The notes below the pieces were generated by a model. The model searched no databases. It was not told where the DNA came from and saw only the letters and a list, made by a program, of their open reading frames with translations. Of a stretch of DNA of 64,000 nt, positions 1-9,066 are shown one piece after another. Position numbers and translations under genes: made by a program. Numbering within the stretch: position 1 is the first letter of the stretch; every line of letters begins with the position of its first letter. Source of the DNA: Candidatus Saccharicenans sp. GTDB taxonomy: Bacteria > Acidobacteriota > Aminicenantia > Aminicenantales > Saccharicenantaceae. Location of the stretch: contig DAOLNQ010000007.1 of the NCBI GenBank assembly GCA_035416665.1, positions 17,063-81,062 of the forward strand. The letters run 5' to 3'.

Positions 1-257
1 AAGCAGAATGGCCGCCGCTGCTACCTTCAGCCAGTGAGTATAACCGGATAGATTTATGGAAATGTGGAAAAAACCAAAAAGAGAAACAAGACAGAAAGTC
101 ATATCAAGCAAAGCTGTAAAGAGACCGGCTATCATTCCATGGAAAAAATCTCTTTTAAGCGTCTGGGAAATTATGTAGATATTTACGGGACCAACCGGGA
201 CCGCCGCAAAAAATCCAATCAAAAAGCCTATCAAGATAAACATTAAAATTTCCAGGA

Positions 258-305
258 TTAAAATATAAAAAATAAAAATACCCTAAAACAGGGCCTTTGG
301 CAAGG
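258..305 (-). terminator. Putative intrinsic terminator downstream of the 385-624 gene: short GC hairpins (281-305) followed by a T-rich tract on the minus strand (plus-strand A-run 258-280).
   Basis: Seen in sequence: gcctttggcaaggc / ccctaaaacaggg inverted repeats followed on the minus strand by TATTTTTATTTTTT. The stems are short. Confidence 0.3.
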
Positions 306-384
306 CAAAACCTGCTTTCAGGGTCAACTCTGATTGACTGGAAAAAGTGAGGCTCTGGCCAGGTTGCTTCTATAAAGACGATGA

Positions 385-624
385 TTACATCTTCGGAATA
401 GTCGTTTCTGTTGAATCTTCTTCCAGATCGCTTTCAATTCCAAGCAGCTTGGCAATTCCCTGATAGACCATCTTCAATGATTTCTTCTGCTCCTGCAGCT
501 GAGCCAGAGTCTGCCTGACCCGCTGCAATTCTCTTTCAACTTCGGCGTCAATAGCTGCGAGCTGGCCGCGCACATCTTCCAGAGTCTTCTTATAAAGGTC
601 TTCTTGTTCTTTTGAGATGCCCAT
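385..624 (-). CDS. Small (79 aa) charged, predicted coiled-coil protein of unknown function. Likely co-transcribed downstream of the receiver-TonB_C gene.
   Basis: ORF with AAGGAG 8 nt upstream of the ATG, and 27 nt after the upstream stop. Heptad-like EL/QL-rich sequence. Confidence 0.55.
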   Translation of the reverse strand: MGISKEQEDLYKKTLEDVRGQLAAIDAEVERELQRVRQTLAQLQEQKKSLKMVYQGIAKLLGIESDLEEDSTETTIPKM

Positions 625-651
625 CTCTTTGACTCCTTACTTTGCTCCGGT

Positions 652-2457
652 TTATTTATTTAAACCGAAACCAATGGTAATTGGTTTCCAAACCTTTACT
701 TTAACACCATCCTTTTCTGCTGGCAAGAACTTCCATTTCTTAATGGCTGAAATAGCCTCTTTTTCCAGAGCTACAGAGCCTTTAATCCCCCGGACAACAA
801 CCGCCTCCAGCACATCGCCATTTTCTGAGATCAGGGCATTGACGACAATATTTCCCTTGACGCCTGCCCGTCGGTCAACTTCGGGATAGACGGGATCTAC
901 ACTTCTGATCAATTTAGGTTCGACATCAACCATGGAGAGAGGAACGATCTCACCTGGCCTGGCTTTCTGCACGGTTATATTAACTGGCTGTTCTTCCTGT
1001 TTAGTCTGAGCGGACGCCGGAAGTGTCTCCATCTGCTCCACTTTAATCTCTTCGATTTGACCGGTAGCGGCGGTGGCCGACTGTTCCTGAGCAGAGAGGG
1101 TCTGTCCGCTCTCTATATTGACTTCAATCTTTGGCGTTTCTTGAGGAATTATAGGGGCAACTGCTGCCGCCGAGGGTTGATTTCTGGGCTGAGTTTTACC
1201 AGCCTGACTGTCTTTGATATTCTGGCCGCCAGTTGTTCCCTGACTTTTTTCTGTCCGGTTCTGCTGGTTACGGTAGGCAGCCATCTGTTTTTCAATCTCT
1301 TTGTTTATATCTTCTTCTCTTGGCTGGTTTTCTGTGACAGCGGTTGTTGTCGGCTGGTTGGTTTCGGTGGCCTGCAGGGCAGCTGTCTGATTAACCGGCT
1401 GGGGCGAAAAGTCAGGAGACTTTTTCCTGCCCAGAGTCAGAAAGGCAATCAGACTGATGACGGCCAGAGAAGCAGCGGCCAGACCGATATATTTAGTGGA
1501 TGACTTCTTACCGGTCTTTTTCTCTTCACTGCTGGCGGTATAAGCCTTGAAAGGATTGACCGTCGGTGCCATTGGCTTCGGGTTTTCTTCAAAATCAAAG
1601 GGCGAGGTGGAAGAACTTCTCTCCGGTTCTAATTTTGGACCAATTTTTGGTTCGGACTGGGGTGGTTGACCGAGTCCAGCTGGTTTTGTTTCCCTGTCGA
1701 CGGGCTTTTTGGCGGTCGGACTGATAGCCGGTGTCTGACCGACGGCTGGCTGTGGTTTTTTGACTTCACCCCCGGCTACCTGCCTGCCGGGTTCTGCTTT
1801 TTTGACTGGATTGGCAGCCGGTCGCTCATGGCTGGTTTCTGGTTGTGGTTTTTCACCAGGGGTTGAAATCAGATCCTTGAGCTTTGATTTTAAAATTAGA
1901 TCTATTTCGTCATCCTGGGAAGGTGCCGGTGGAGTTTTCCTGATTTCCTCTCTCTTGGGTGTCCTGCCGGTCGGCTGGTTAGTTTCTGCTGTCTGGCCAG
2001 GGGTGTAAGCTGAGGCCAGAGCTTGTTTAAGTAATTCATCAAGGTCTTCTTCTTCCTTTTTAGTCTGGTGCTTTTTTACCTCTGGTTTGCCGATCAGCTC
2101 ATAGACCTTAGTCAGCAGAGCTTCAAGATTTAATGGCTTTTCAAAAAAGGCCGAAGCTCCCAGGCTTCTTAAAGCTTCTGTCTTATAGACAGCGTCTTTG
2201 TAAATGCCGGTAACAATAATCACGGGTGCTTTCTTGGTTGGATGAGAGGTAATGCGTGAACAGAGTTCAAAACCATGAAATTTCGGCAGCATAGCTTCCA
2301 TGATGACCAGATCCGGCTGAAATTCTGAAAATTTTTCAAAGCCAGCCAGTCCATCGGTGGCCGTCTGAACTTCATAGCCTTCATCCCCCAGAGCCCGGCT
2401 GAGGAACTTCAAGAACTCGTTATCAAAGTCTATGAGCAAAATTTTGTTCTTTGCCAT
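652..2457 (-). CDS. Fusion protein: N-terminal response-regulator receiver-like domain (Glu at the phospho-acceptor position), then a long P/Q/T/E-rich low-complexity region with one predicted TM helix, then a C-terminal TonB_C domain.
   Basis: Receiver motifs are present (ILLIDFDNEF, VIIVTG, FEKP). DLVIME replaces the usual DLVxxD. The last ~90 aa (PKLIRSVDPVYPEVDRRAGVKGNIVVNALISENG...KWKFLPAEKDG) match the TonB C-terminal domain. The ATG at 2457 is preferred over the TTG at 2475 because GAGGG lies upstream. Confidence 0.8.
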   Translation of the reverse strand: MAKNKILLIDFDNEFLKFLSRALGDEGYEVQTATDGLAGFEKFSEFQPDLVIMEAMLPKFHGFELCSRITSHPTKKAPVIIVTGIYKDAVYKTEALRSLGASAFFEKPLNLEALLTKVYELIGKPEVKKHQTKKEEEDLDELLKQALASAYTPGQTAETNQPTGRTPKREEIRKTPPAPSQDDEIDLILKSKLKDLISTPGEKPQPETSHERPAANPVKKAEPGRQVAGGEVKKPQPAVGQTPAISPTAKKPVDRETKPAGLGQPPQSEPKIGPKLEPERSSSTSPFDFEENPKPMAPTVNPFKAYTASSEEKKTGKKSSTKYIGLAAASLAVISLIAFLTLGRKKSPDFSPQPVNQTAALQATETNQPTTTAVTENQPREEDINKEIEKQMAAYRNQQNRTEKSQGTTGGQNIKDSQAGKTQPRNQPSAAAVAPIIPQETPKIEVNIESGQTLSAQEQSATAATGQIEEIKVEQMETLPASAQTKQEEQPVNITVQKARPGEIVPLSMVDVEPKLIRSVDPVYPEVDRRAGVKGNIVVNALISENGDVLEAVVVRGIKGSVALEKEAISAIKKWKFLPAEKDGVKVKVWKPITIGFGLNK

Positions 2458-2699
2458 GGTCTTACCCTCTTTCAAAAATTAACCCCAAAACTGGGATTTC
2501 GGCCAATGCACCATATATATCTCACTTCAATTACTCATCTTCAATCACCCTTAGAGGTGATTATCCAGATGAAATTCCCCCTGTCTCGAAAGCTACTTTT
2601 CTTTCAAGCTAAGATGAGTCTCTATTATATAAAAACGTCTGGAATCTCACCATGGGAATTGCCCCTGATATACTATATAAGGATTAAACATTTTTCCCA

Positions 2700-4430
2700 C
2701 TATTCATCCCGGCCCTGGAAGAGAATCTGTAAAATTTCCAGTTCATCTGGCTCAAACCAGATCAGCTGGCATTTATAACATTTGTGGACAGGAAAAACAT
2801 AATAATAATTAAAAGGCTTGACAGTCAGCTGCAGACCGCACTGCGGGCAGAGCAACGGTTTCTTTTCTGGGAAAAGGGAGGCTCTCTTCCCTGGATTGAG
2901 CAGAGCTTCCTTATAATGGCTGGCTTTTGCTTTAAGGCCCGGTGAGAAATCATATTCCTGACGGGACAGAATTTTTTCCATGTCTTCTATCCTGACCAGG
3001 CGGCCGGAACAAAGAGGGCAGGTTTTAGTCTGAACTCCTTCATAAAAAGACTCTTGAAGTGGCGTCTGGCAAACAGGGCAGAGATGGGCTAAAATCGGGT
3101 CAACGGGTTGATCTTTCCCCTGGCGATAAAGGGCAAATCTAATCTGAGGAAATTCATGGGCTCGACCTTCCCTGTTTTCTTTGAGGTTTCTGACCCTGAC
3201 CGCCGGACTGAAAGCAGGCTGGGAAATCAAGGCGCCCAGAGTAAAAGGCCCACCCCATTGCCCTGAGGCCAGTCTTATTTCCCAGACCGCAGCTTTATGG
3301 AGTTCATTCTCAGCCTGTTCCTTCAATTTCCGGATAGCTTTTTCTTTTTCAGGACTATCAATTTCAGAAGAAGACTTGATGACCAGACGGCTGTCCTGTC
3401 TTAGCTTCTCCTGTTCTCTGACCGTATTTTTTGTTTCTTCGACAGTTTGGTGAGTCATACTGGCCAGCAGCTTTAACCTCTTTTCCAGCGGTGGATGAGT
3501 ATTGAATAACCGGCCCCAGCTGTTGCCAGCAATCTCTTTTGAGTCAGGGGGGACCAGAAAAAGAGGTGTTAGCAAAGTTGAGTCACCCAGATAAGAATTG
3601 GCCAGCCAGGCCTTATAAATAATCCGGGCCAGGGCGGCTGGATCCCGGCTCAATTCAACGGCGGTGGCATCAGCCAGCAGCTCTCGATTCTGCGAAACCA
3701 GCATGGTAAAAAATTTGATCATTAGAAAGGAAATAGAGTTGACCACATAGGCTAACGGAGCTGAAGCCGTTTTTTGAGTTGAGCGGAAAAGCTGAAAGCC
3801 AGGTTGGTAGTCTGGCTCCTTTTCCAGGGAATCCAGGAAGTTTTCATAAAAAGCTGTCAGAGAACAAATTAGAGTCAAAAGAAAAGTGTCACCTTTCTGG
3901 ATATGAGCAGCCTCATGGGCGACCACTGCCTGCAGTTCATCCCGGCTGGCTTCAGCCAGCAGTCCTTCTGTTACGGCTATGGCTGGAACATTATCGCGGT
4001 CATAAAGCGATAGCGAATTGACGTTGACCGAAGGGATAACGTAAGTTTTAAGACGAGGAAGGCCGGAAGAAATTTTCATTTCCTCAGCCACATTCATAAA
4101 ACTCAGATGATACCGGTCAGCAGGATCAGGAGGATAAGCCCGGAGATTGCTCAAAATATAGCTGGCTCCAGCCCTTCGGGCCTGGAGAAAGTTAATGACG
4201 GTGACTGCGCCTGAGAGCAGAATCGCCAGGGTTGCATATAAAGATAAATGCGGAGCGGAAAAAGGATTCAAGCCGGGCAGAAAAACCTGTATCCCCAGAA
4301 GAACGACAGCCAGTAGCAGGCCAAAGGCGACCAGATAAAAGATAAAAAGCAGAATAAACAGAAAGCCAGAAATAGCCTTTTGCTTCTTTTGCAGCTCCCA
4401 GTAAGAGATGGGCAGATTTGATTTAACCAT
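2700..4430 (-). CDS. M48 family (HtpX-like) zinc metallopeptidase with N-terminal TM helices and two C-terminal YfgJ/TFIIB-like zinc-ribbon modules.
   Basis: HEAAHIQKGD HExxH motif. Four CxxC pairs (CPVCQ, CPLCSG, CPQCG, CYKCQ) with a WFEPDELE-type tail. Confidence 0.8.
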   Translation of the reverse strand: MVKSNLPISYWELQKKQKAISGFLFILLFIFYLVAFGLLLAVVLLGIQVFLPGLNPFSAPHLSLYATLAILLSGAVTVINFLQARRAGASYILSNLRAYPPDPADRYHLSFMNVAEEMKISSGLPRLKTYVIPSVNVNSLSLYDRDNVPAIAVTEGLLAEASRDELQAVVAHEAAHIQKGDTFLLTLICSLTAFYENFLDSLEKEPDYQPGFQLFRSTQKTASAPLAYVVNSISFLMIKFFTMLVSQNRELLADATAVELSRDPAALARIIYKAWLANSYLGDSTLLTPLFLVPPDSKEIAGNSWGRLFNTHPPLEKRLKLLASMTHQTVEETKNTVREQEKLRQDSRLVIKSSSEIDSPEKEKAIRKLKEQAENELHKAAVWEIRLASGQWGGPFTLGALISQPAFSPAVRVRNLKENREGRAHEFPQIRFALYRQGKDQPVDPILAHLCPVCQTPLQESFYEGVQTKTCPLCSGRLVRIEDMEKILSRQEYDFSPGLKAKASHYKEALLNPGKRASLFPEKKPLLCPQCGLQLTVKPFNYYYVFPVHKCYKCQLIWFEPDELEILQILFQGRDE

Positions 4431-4521
4431 AACTCAACCTGGCTTGAATTTTACAACTTAATTCCGGGAGAAAAAAGAAATAAATTAATAAAAAGACACT
4501 GGCCGCTTAAAAGAGTCAGGC

Positions 4522-5508
4522 TTATCTGTTGACAGCCGGCATGGTCTCTTCTGGGTACCTAAGTCCTCTGGTTGCTCCGATCGGAGCCACCTCATTAATT
4601 CTCTTTAAATCCTGTTCAGTTAAAACTACTTTCAGGGCACCCAGGTTTTCTTCCAGGTAGGAACGGCGCTTTGTTCCGACAATAGGCACGATATCCTGTC
4701 CCTGGTGGAGCAGCCAGGCCAGGGCTAACTGCGAAAGAGTACAGCCTTTCTCGGCGGCAATTTTTTCCAGTCCCTGGATAATTTTTAAATTCTCTTTTAA
4801 ATTTTCTTCCTTAAATCTGGGATTAAAACGGCGCCAGTCATTTGGGGCGAGGTCTTCTACCGTCTTTATTTTCCCGGTTAAAAAACCACGTCCCAGAGGG
4901 CTATAAGCAACGAAGCCAATCTGTAGCTCACGAACAGCAGGCAGAATTTCCGGCTCGATGTCTCTTGTCCAGATAGAATATTCTGTCTGCAAAGCTGTAA
5001 TGGGGTGAACGGCATTTGCCCGGCGAATCGTGGCCGCTGAAGCCTCGGATAAACCCAGATATCTGACCTTGCCTTCCTCGACCAGCCTGACCATCGCGCC
5101 GACCGTTTCTTCAATTGGCGTGTTGGGGTCAACCCGGTGCTGATAATATAAATCGATGTAATCAATATCAAGCCTTTTCAGGCTGGCTTCGCAAGCCTGC
5201 CGCACATATTCCGGGCGGCCATTAATCCCCAGATAGCTACCGTCCTGGCCGCGGACATTGCCAAATTTGGTGGCGATGATGACCTGGTCTCTTTTCCCTT
5301 TAATCGCCCGGCCAACCAGCCTTTCATTGTGGCCAACGCCATACATATCGGCTGTATCCAGAAAGTTGATGCCCAGCTCAATCGCCCGGTGAATGGTAGC
5401 AATTGATTCTTCATCATTGAGCTGCCCATAAAATTCTGACATACCCATGCAGCCCAGTCCCAGGGCTGAGACTTTTAAATCACTTTTACCCAGTTGTCTG
5501 TATTCCAT
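4522..5508 (-). CDS. Aldo/keto reductase family oxidoreductase.
   Basis: AKR N-terminus LGLGCMGMS...DTADMYG. GGGGAG RBS. Confidence 0.9.
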   Translation of the reverse strand: MEYRQLGKSDLKVSALGLGCMGMSEFYGQLNDEESIATIHRAIELGINFLDTADMYGVGHNERLVGRAIKGKRDQVIIATKFGNVRGQDGSYLGINGRPEYVRQACEASLKRLDIDYIDLYYQHRVDPNTPIEETVGAMVRLVEEGKVRYLGLSEASAATIRRANAVHPITALQTEYSIWTRDIEPEILPAVRELQIGFVAYSPLGRGFLTGKIKTVEDLAPNDWRRFNPRFKEENLKENLKIIQGLEKIAAEKGCTLSQLALAWLLHQGQDIVPIVGTKRRSYLEENLGALKVVLTEQDLKRINEVAPIGATRGLRYPEETMPAVNR

Positions 5509-5543
5509 CGTTTTATTCTCCCCGAAAAATTTTATTTTATTCC

Positions 5544-6608
5544 TTAGTTTTTTGCCCTCAAATATTGAGCTGGCCAGTCAATTTCAGACTTTAACCTTTT
5601 AGCAGCTTCGAGCGGCCAGTAAGGATGACGCAGCAGTTCTCTACCCAGTAGAATAATATCAGCCTGCCCGCTCCGGATCACGGTTTCGGCTTGCTCGGGT
5701 GAAGTAATAAAGCCGACTCCACCCGTCAGAATTTTCACTTCTTTTTTTATTCGCTCTGAGAAAGATAGTTGATAGCCAGGCCCGGCTGGGATTTTAGCGT
5801 CGGGAACGTTGCCACCGGAGGAGCAATCAATTAAATCTACACCAGCCTCTTTGAGCCCCCTCGCCAGGTAGATGGATTGCTCAATGTCCCAGCCGTTTTC
5901 TACCCAATCGGTTGAGGATAACCTGACCAGAAGAGGCATATTGTCCGGAATATTGTCCCTGATCGTTTTAGCTATCTCCAGTGCCAGGCGACATCTATTC
6001 TCCAGGTTGCCTCCGTAGCTATCAGTTCTCTTGTTGGAAATAGGAGAAAGGAATTGATGGACAAGAAAGCCATGAGCCTGGTGAATTTCGATAAGCTCAA
6101 AACCGGCTTTAACAGCCCTGATTGCAGCTTCACTGAATTTTCTTTTAATAAGTTCAATGTCCTCAAGTGACATTTCAATCGGGGTAGGGAAGTGGCGATC
6201 AAAAGGAATGGCGGAGGGAGCGATGACCGGCCAGGCTCCATCTTCAGGGCTGAGTGGCCCCTCCCCCTTCCAGGGTGCATAAGTCGACGCCTTGCGGCCA
6301 GCATGGGCTAACTGAATCCCGGGAACAGCCTTCTGAGCTTTAATAAAATCTGTCACTCTTTTGAAGGCCGGGATAAAATCATCAGACCAGAGGCCCAAGT
6401 CATCGGGCGAAATCCGGCCTTCAGGTGAAACAGCTGTAGCTTCCATAATCAGGCAGGCTGCCCCACCCACCGCCCGGCTGCCATAATGAACTAAATGCCA
6501 GTCAGTCGGCCGGCCGTCTCTGGCTGAGTATTGACACATCGGGGAAACGAAAATTCTATTCTTAAATTCCAGCCCTCGAATTTTTATTGGGGAAAACAAT
6601 TGACTCAT
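5544..6608 (-). CDS. NADH:flavin oxidoreductase of the Old Yellow Enzyme family (NamA/YqjM-like).
   Basis: [22 protein letters not shown]...HLVHYG OYE signature. GGAGGA RBS. Confidence 0.9.
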   Translation of the reverse strand: MSQLFSPIKIRGLEFKNRIFVSPMCQYSARDGRPTDWHLVHYGSRAVGGAACLIMEATAVSPEGRISPDDLGLWSDDFIPAFKRVTDFIKAQKAVPGIQLAHAGRKASTYAPWKGEGPLSPEDGAWPVIAPSAIPFDRHFPTPIEMSLEDIELIKRKFSEAAIRAVKAGFELIEIHQAHGFLVHQFLSPISNKRTDSYGGNLENRCRLALEIAKTIRDNIPDNMPLLVRLSSTDWVENGWDIEQSIYLARGLKEAGVDLIDCSSGGNVPDAKIPAGPGYQLSFSERIKKEVKILTGGVGFITSPEQAETVIRSGQADIILLGRELLRHPYWPLEAAKRLKSEIDWPAQYLRAKN

Positions 6609-6823
6609 AACTATTATCCTCCTCTAATGTTTATATCGCTCTATTTCTTTGCTTTATTTCCGCTGTTGCTTCAAGATTTCCTATTAATTATATCATTAAT
6701 GTATTCTTTTATAACGCAACCGTTATGGTTGGTAACCTTCTTATTTTCTTTATTTTCTGTTTTACTTTTTTCCCTTCTTCTGGCATGATAGAAAACTCAT
6801 TACAGGGAAAGGAGAAGACCAGC

Positions 6824-7807
6824 ATGATAAAGAGAAATTTTCGGTGTTTTGGCCTCCGGTTGTTTCTGGTGAGTCTATTGAGCTGGCCTGTCCTTGCTCT
6901 GGCTCAGGAGAGGGCCGGGAGCGGCGGGGGACAGGGCCGTCAGGCGGCGCCAACGTTTCTTCAGTTTTTAATGAGACCTAAGTTCCTGACCATGCTCATC
7001 ATTGCCGCCCTGGTTCTAATTTTGCTCCTCTCCAGAAAAATGAATGACCGGCTGAAAGTGCTGATTTTGCTGGTTTCAACTTTCCTCTATGGGGTTTCAG
7101 CCAATTTAGGGATTAAGTTGTTTTCCGGTTTTTCCATGCATCCCTCTCCGGTCTGCACCGTAACCAAGTCAATCCTTTATGGCTTTGGCCGGCCGATGAT
7201 GGTCTTTCTGGCTGTGATTCTATTTCTGACCTTAATCGGGCCAAAATTATTTTGCGGCTGGGTCTGCCCGGTCGGGGCGATTCAGGAGCTGATCTCCATG
7301 CTGGCCGATAAATTGAAAATAAAAAGACACAAGCTCAATTTCCGGCTGACTCAGACGGTCAGGATCCTGATTTTTCTGGCCTTTATTTTTCTGAGCTGGA
7401 CGGCCGTTATCCACACCGTTTCTAACGGCCGGGTGGTGCCGCTGTCGCTTTATGATTATATCAATGCCTTTCATGGCTATGAATGGAGCTGGGCAGCTGC
7501 TTTGATTGACAATCTCATCAACTTTTTGCCGCTTATTTTAACTATTATCTTTGCTTTTTTTACCTATCGGCCTTTCTGTTATTTAATCTGTCCGGTTGGC
7601 CTGATGACCAACGTCGTTGAACAGATCGCTTTTTTCCGGGTGACTAAAAAGAAAGATGACTGCACCGACTGTCAGGCCTGTGTGATTAAAGCTCCCTGCC
7701 CGGCGGTAGCCGAGATTGTTAAGGACTCAGTTCTGAGACCTGATTGCTTTTCCTGCACCAGATGCACCGGCAGTTGCAGCCGGGGGTTACTGCGCTTCGG
7801 ACGCTAA
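6824..7807 (+). CDS. NapH/MauN-type integral membrane protein with 4Fe-4S ferredoxin motifs and a Cys-rich C-terminus.
   Basis: CGWVCPVGAIQE and CYLICPVGLM motifs plus a CxxCxxC tail. Start placed at the ATG at 6824 with GGAGAAG upstream. The ORF track starts at 6725. Confidence 0.7.
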   Translation: MIKRNFRCFGLRLFLVSLLSWPVLALAQERAGSGGGQGRQAAPTFLQFLMRPKFLTMLIIAALVLILLLSRKMNDRLKVLILLVSTFLYGVSANLGIKLFSGFSMHPSPVCTVTKSILYGFGRPMMVFLAVILFLTLIGPKLFCGWVCPVGAIQELISMLADKLKIKRHKLNFRLTQTVRILIFLAFIFLSWTAVIHTVSNGRVVPLSLYDYINAFHGYEWSWAAALIDNLINFLPLILTIIFAFFTYRPFCYLICPVGLMTNVVEQIAFFRVTKKKDDCTDCQACVIKAPCPAVAEIVKDSVLRPDCFSCTRCTGSCSRGLLRFGR

Positions 7808-7868
7808 TTCTATCGCCGTTTGTATCTTAAAATATAAGGAGCTATGATCCAAAAAATACCAGACGAGA

Positions 7869-8999
7869 ATGAAACATCATTTCTTTTTGACCAACCTGGT
7901 TCTCGCCGCGATAATTTTATTGCTCACTTTGAATTTATTTTCTGCTGATAAGCTCCTCTGGGTCCACCCTTCCTGCCAGTCTCTCGATATCACCAAAAAA
8001 GGGCCTTTTGTTTTGATGGCTGATGAAGCGCTGGCCACAGTTGATGAAAAGGGATTTTACTTAAGTTATGATGGTGGCCGCAGCTGGTCGGAGCCGGTCT
8101 TTGTTTGCTCGGGCCTCAATTCTAAAGAACCTGCTTCTTATTATCTTCTCCGCACAAAAAACAATGTCCTCATTCTCGTTTATCTTAATTTTAACGGTAA
8201 GAAATTCAGCTGGGACCAGGACAAGAATGAACCTGGCGACTGCCAGCTGGAAGTCTGGTCAATCCGGAGCCTGGATGGCGGAAAAACCTGGGTTGATAAT
8301 CAGAGGCTTCTCTCCGGCTACAACCCGAACTTTTTTGGCCTGATTCAGACCTCTTCTGGCCGGGTGGTGGTGCCTCTCCAGCATTTAGTCTCTAATCCAG
8401 GACGGCTGGTCGTTTGCTCCTTTTATTCTGACGATGAGGGACTCTCCTGGAGCCGCAGCAACTGGATTGATTTAGGTGGGCATGGCCATCACGATGGAGC
8501 CTTTGAACCAACTTTAGCTGAACTGCCGGATGGAAGGCTGTTGATGCTGATTAGAACCGGTCTGGACCGCTTCTGGCAGGCTATCTCGGAGGATGGTTGC
8601 TACTGGCGGAGAATCGAGCCATCTTCAATTGAGGCCAGCAGCTCGCCCGGATATCTTCTGAAGCTTCAAAGTGGCCGCTTTGTTCTCGTCTGGAACAGAT
8701 TAAATCCTGAGGGAGGAACCTGGCCAAAAACCAGACCAACTCCATTTCATTCTGAGCTGCCGGCTTCCTGGCACCGTGAAGAACTGAGCCTGGCCTTTTC
8801 TGATGACGGCTTTAACTGGTCCGCGCCAGTGGTCATTGCCCGGCAGCCAGGTGGTCAGCTCAGCTATCCTTATGTTTTTGAGCCGGAGCCAGGAGTTATC
8901 TGGGTTATCGCTGGCTTTGCTTTTAAAAAAACCTGGGAAGAACCTTTTGAGCTGAAATTAAAGCTTCTGGAAAAAGACTTTATTCCAAAAACTAACTGA
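7869..8999 (+). CDS. Secreted BNR/Asp-box repeat protein (sialidase / exo-alpha-sialidase-like beta-propeller).
   Basis: Signal peptide. Four Asp-boxes (SYDGGRSWSEP, SLDGGKTWVD, SDDEGLSWSRS, SDDGFNWSAP). Confidence 0.7.
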   Translation: MKHHFFLTNLVLAAIILLLTLNLFSADKLLWVHPSCQSLDITKKGPFVLMADEALATVDEKGFYLSYDGGRSWSEPVFVCSGLNSKEPASYYLLRTKNNVLILVYLNFNGKKFSWDQDKNEPGDCQLEVWSIRSLDGGKTWVDNQRLLSGYNPNFFGLIQTSSGRVVVPLQHLVSNPGRLVVCSFYSDDEGLSWSRSNWIDLGGHGHHDGAFEPTLAELPDGRLLMLIRTGLDRFWQAISEDGCYWRRIEPSSIEASSSPGYLLKLQSGRFVLVWNRLNPEGGTWPKTRPTPFHSELPASWHREELSLAFSDDGFNWSAPVVIARQPGGQLSYPYVFEPEPGVIWVIAGFAFKKTWEEPFELKLKLLEKDFIPKTN

Positions 9000-9066
9000 T
9001 CTACCTGACGCTACGCCTCGCTTCAAGAATGGAGACAGCCTGTTTGCCACATCCACGGTGCTTTAT

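Noticed and set aside
1-37. Possible 3' end of a plus-strand gene entering from upstream (...SRMAAAATFSQ-stop).
   Set aside because: Only 12 codons are visible. Not enough to support a feature.
64-246. 60-aa lysine-rich ORF at the window start.
   Set aside because: No RBS, low-complexity basic composition, and it lies in an A-rich terminator region. Most likely non-coding.
1057-2008. Several plus-strand ORFs (1057-1503, 1666-1866, 1760-2008) inside the receiver-TonB_C gene.
   Set aside because: They are antisense to a well-supported CDS in a low-complexity GC-rich stretch. They are typical shadow ORFs of P/Q/G-rich coding sequence.
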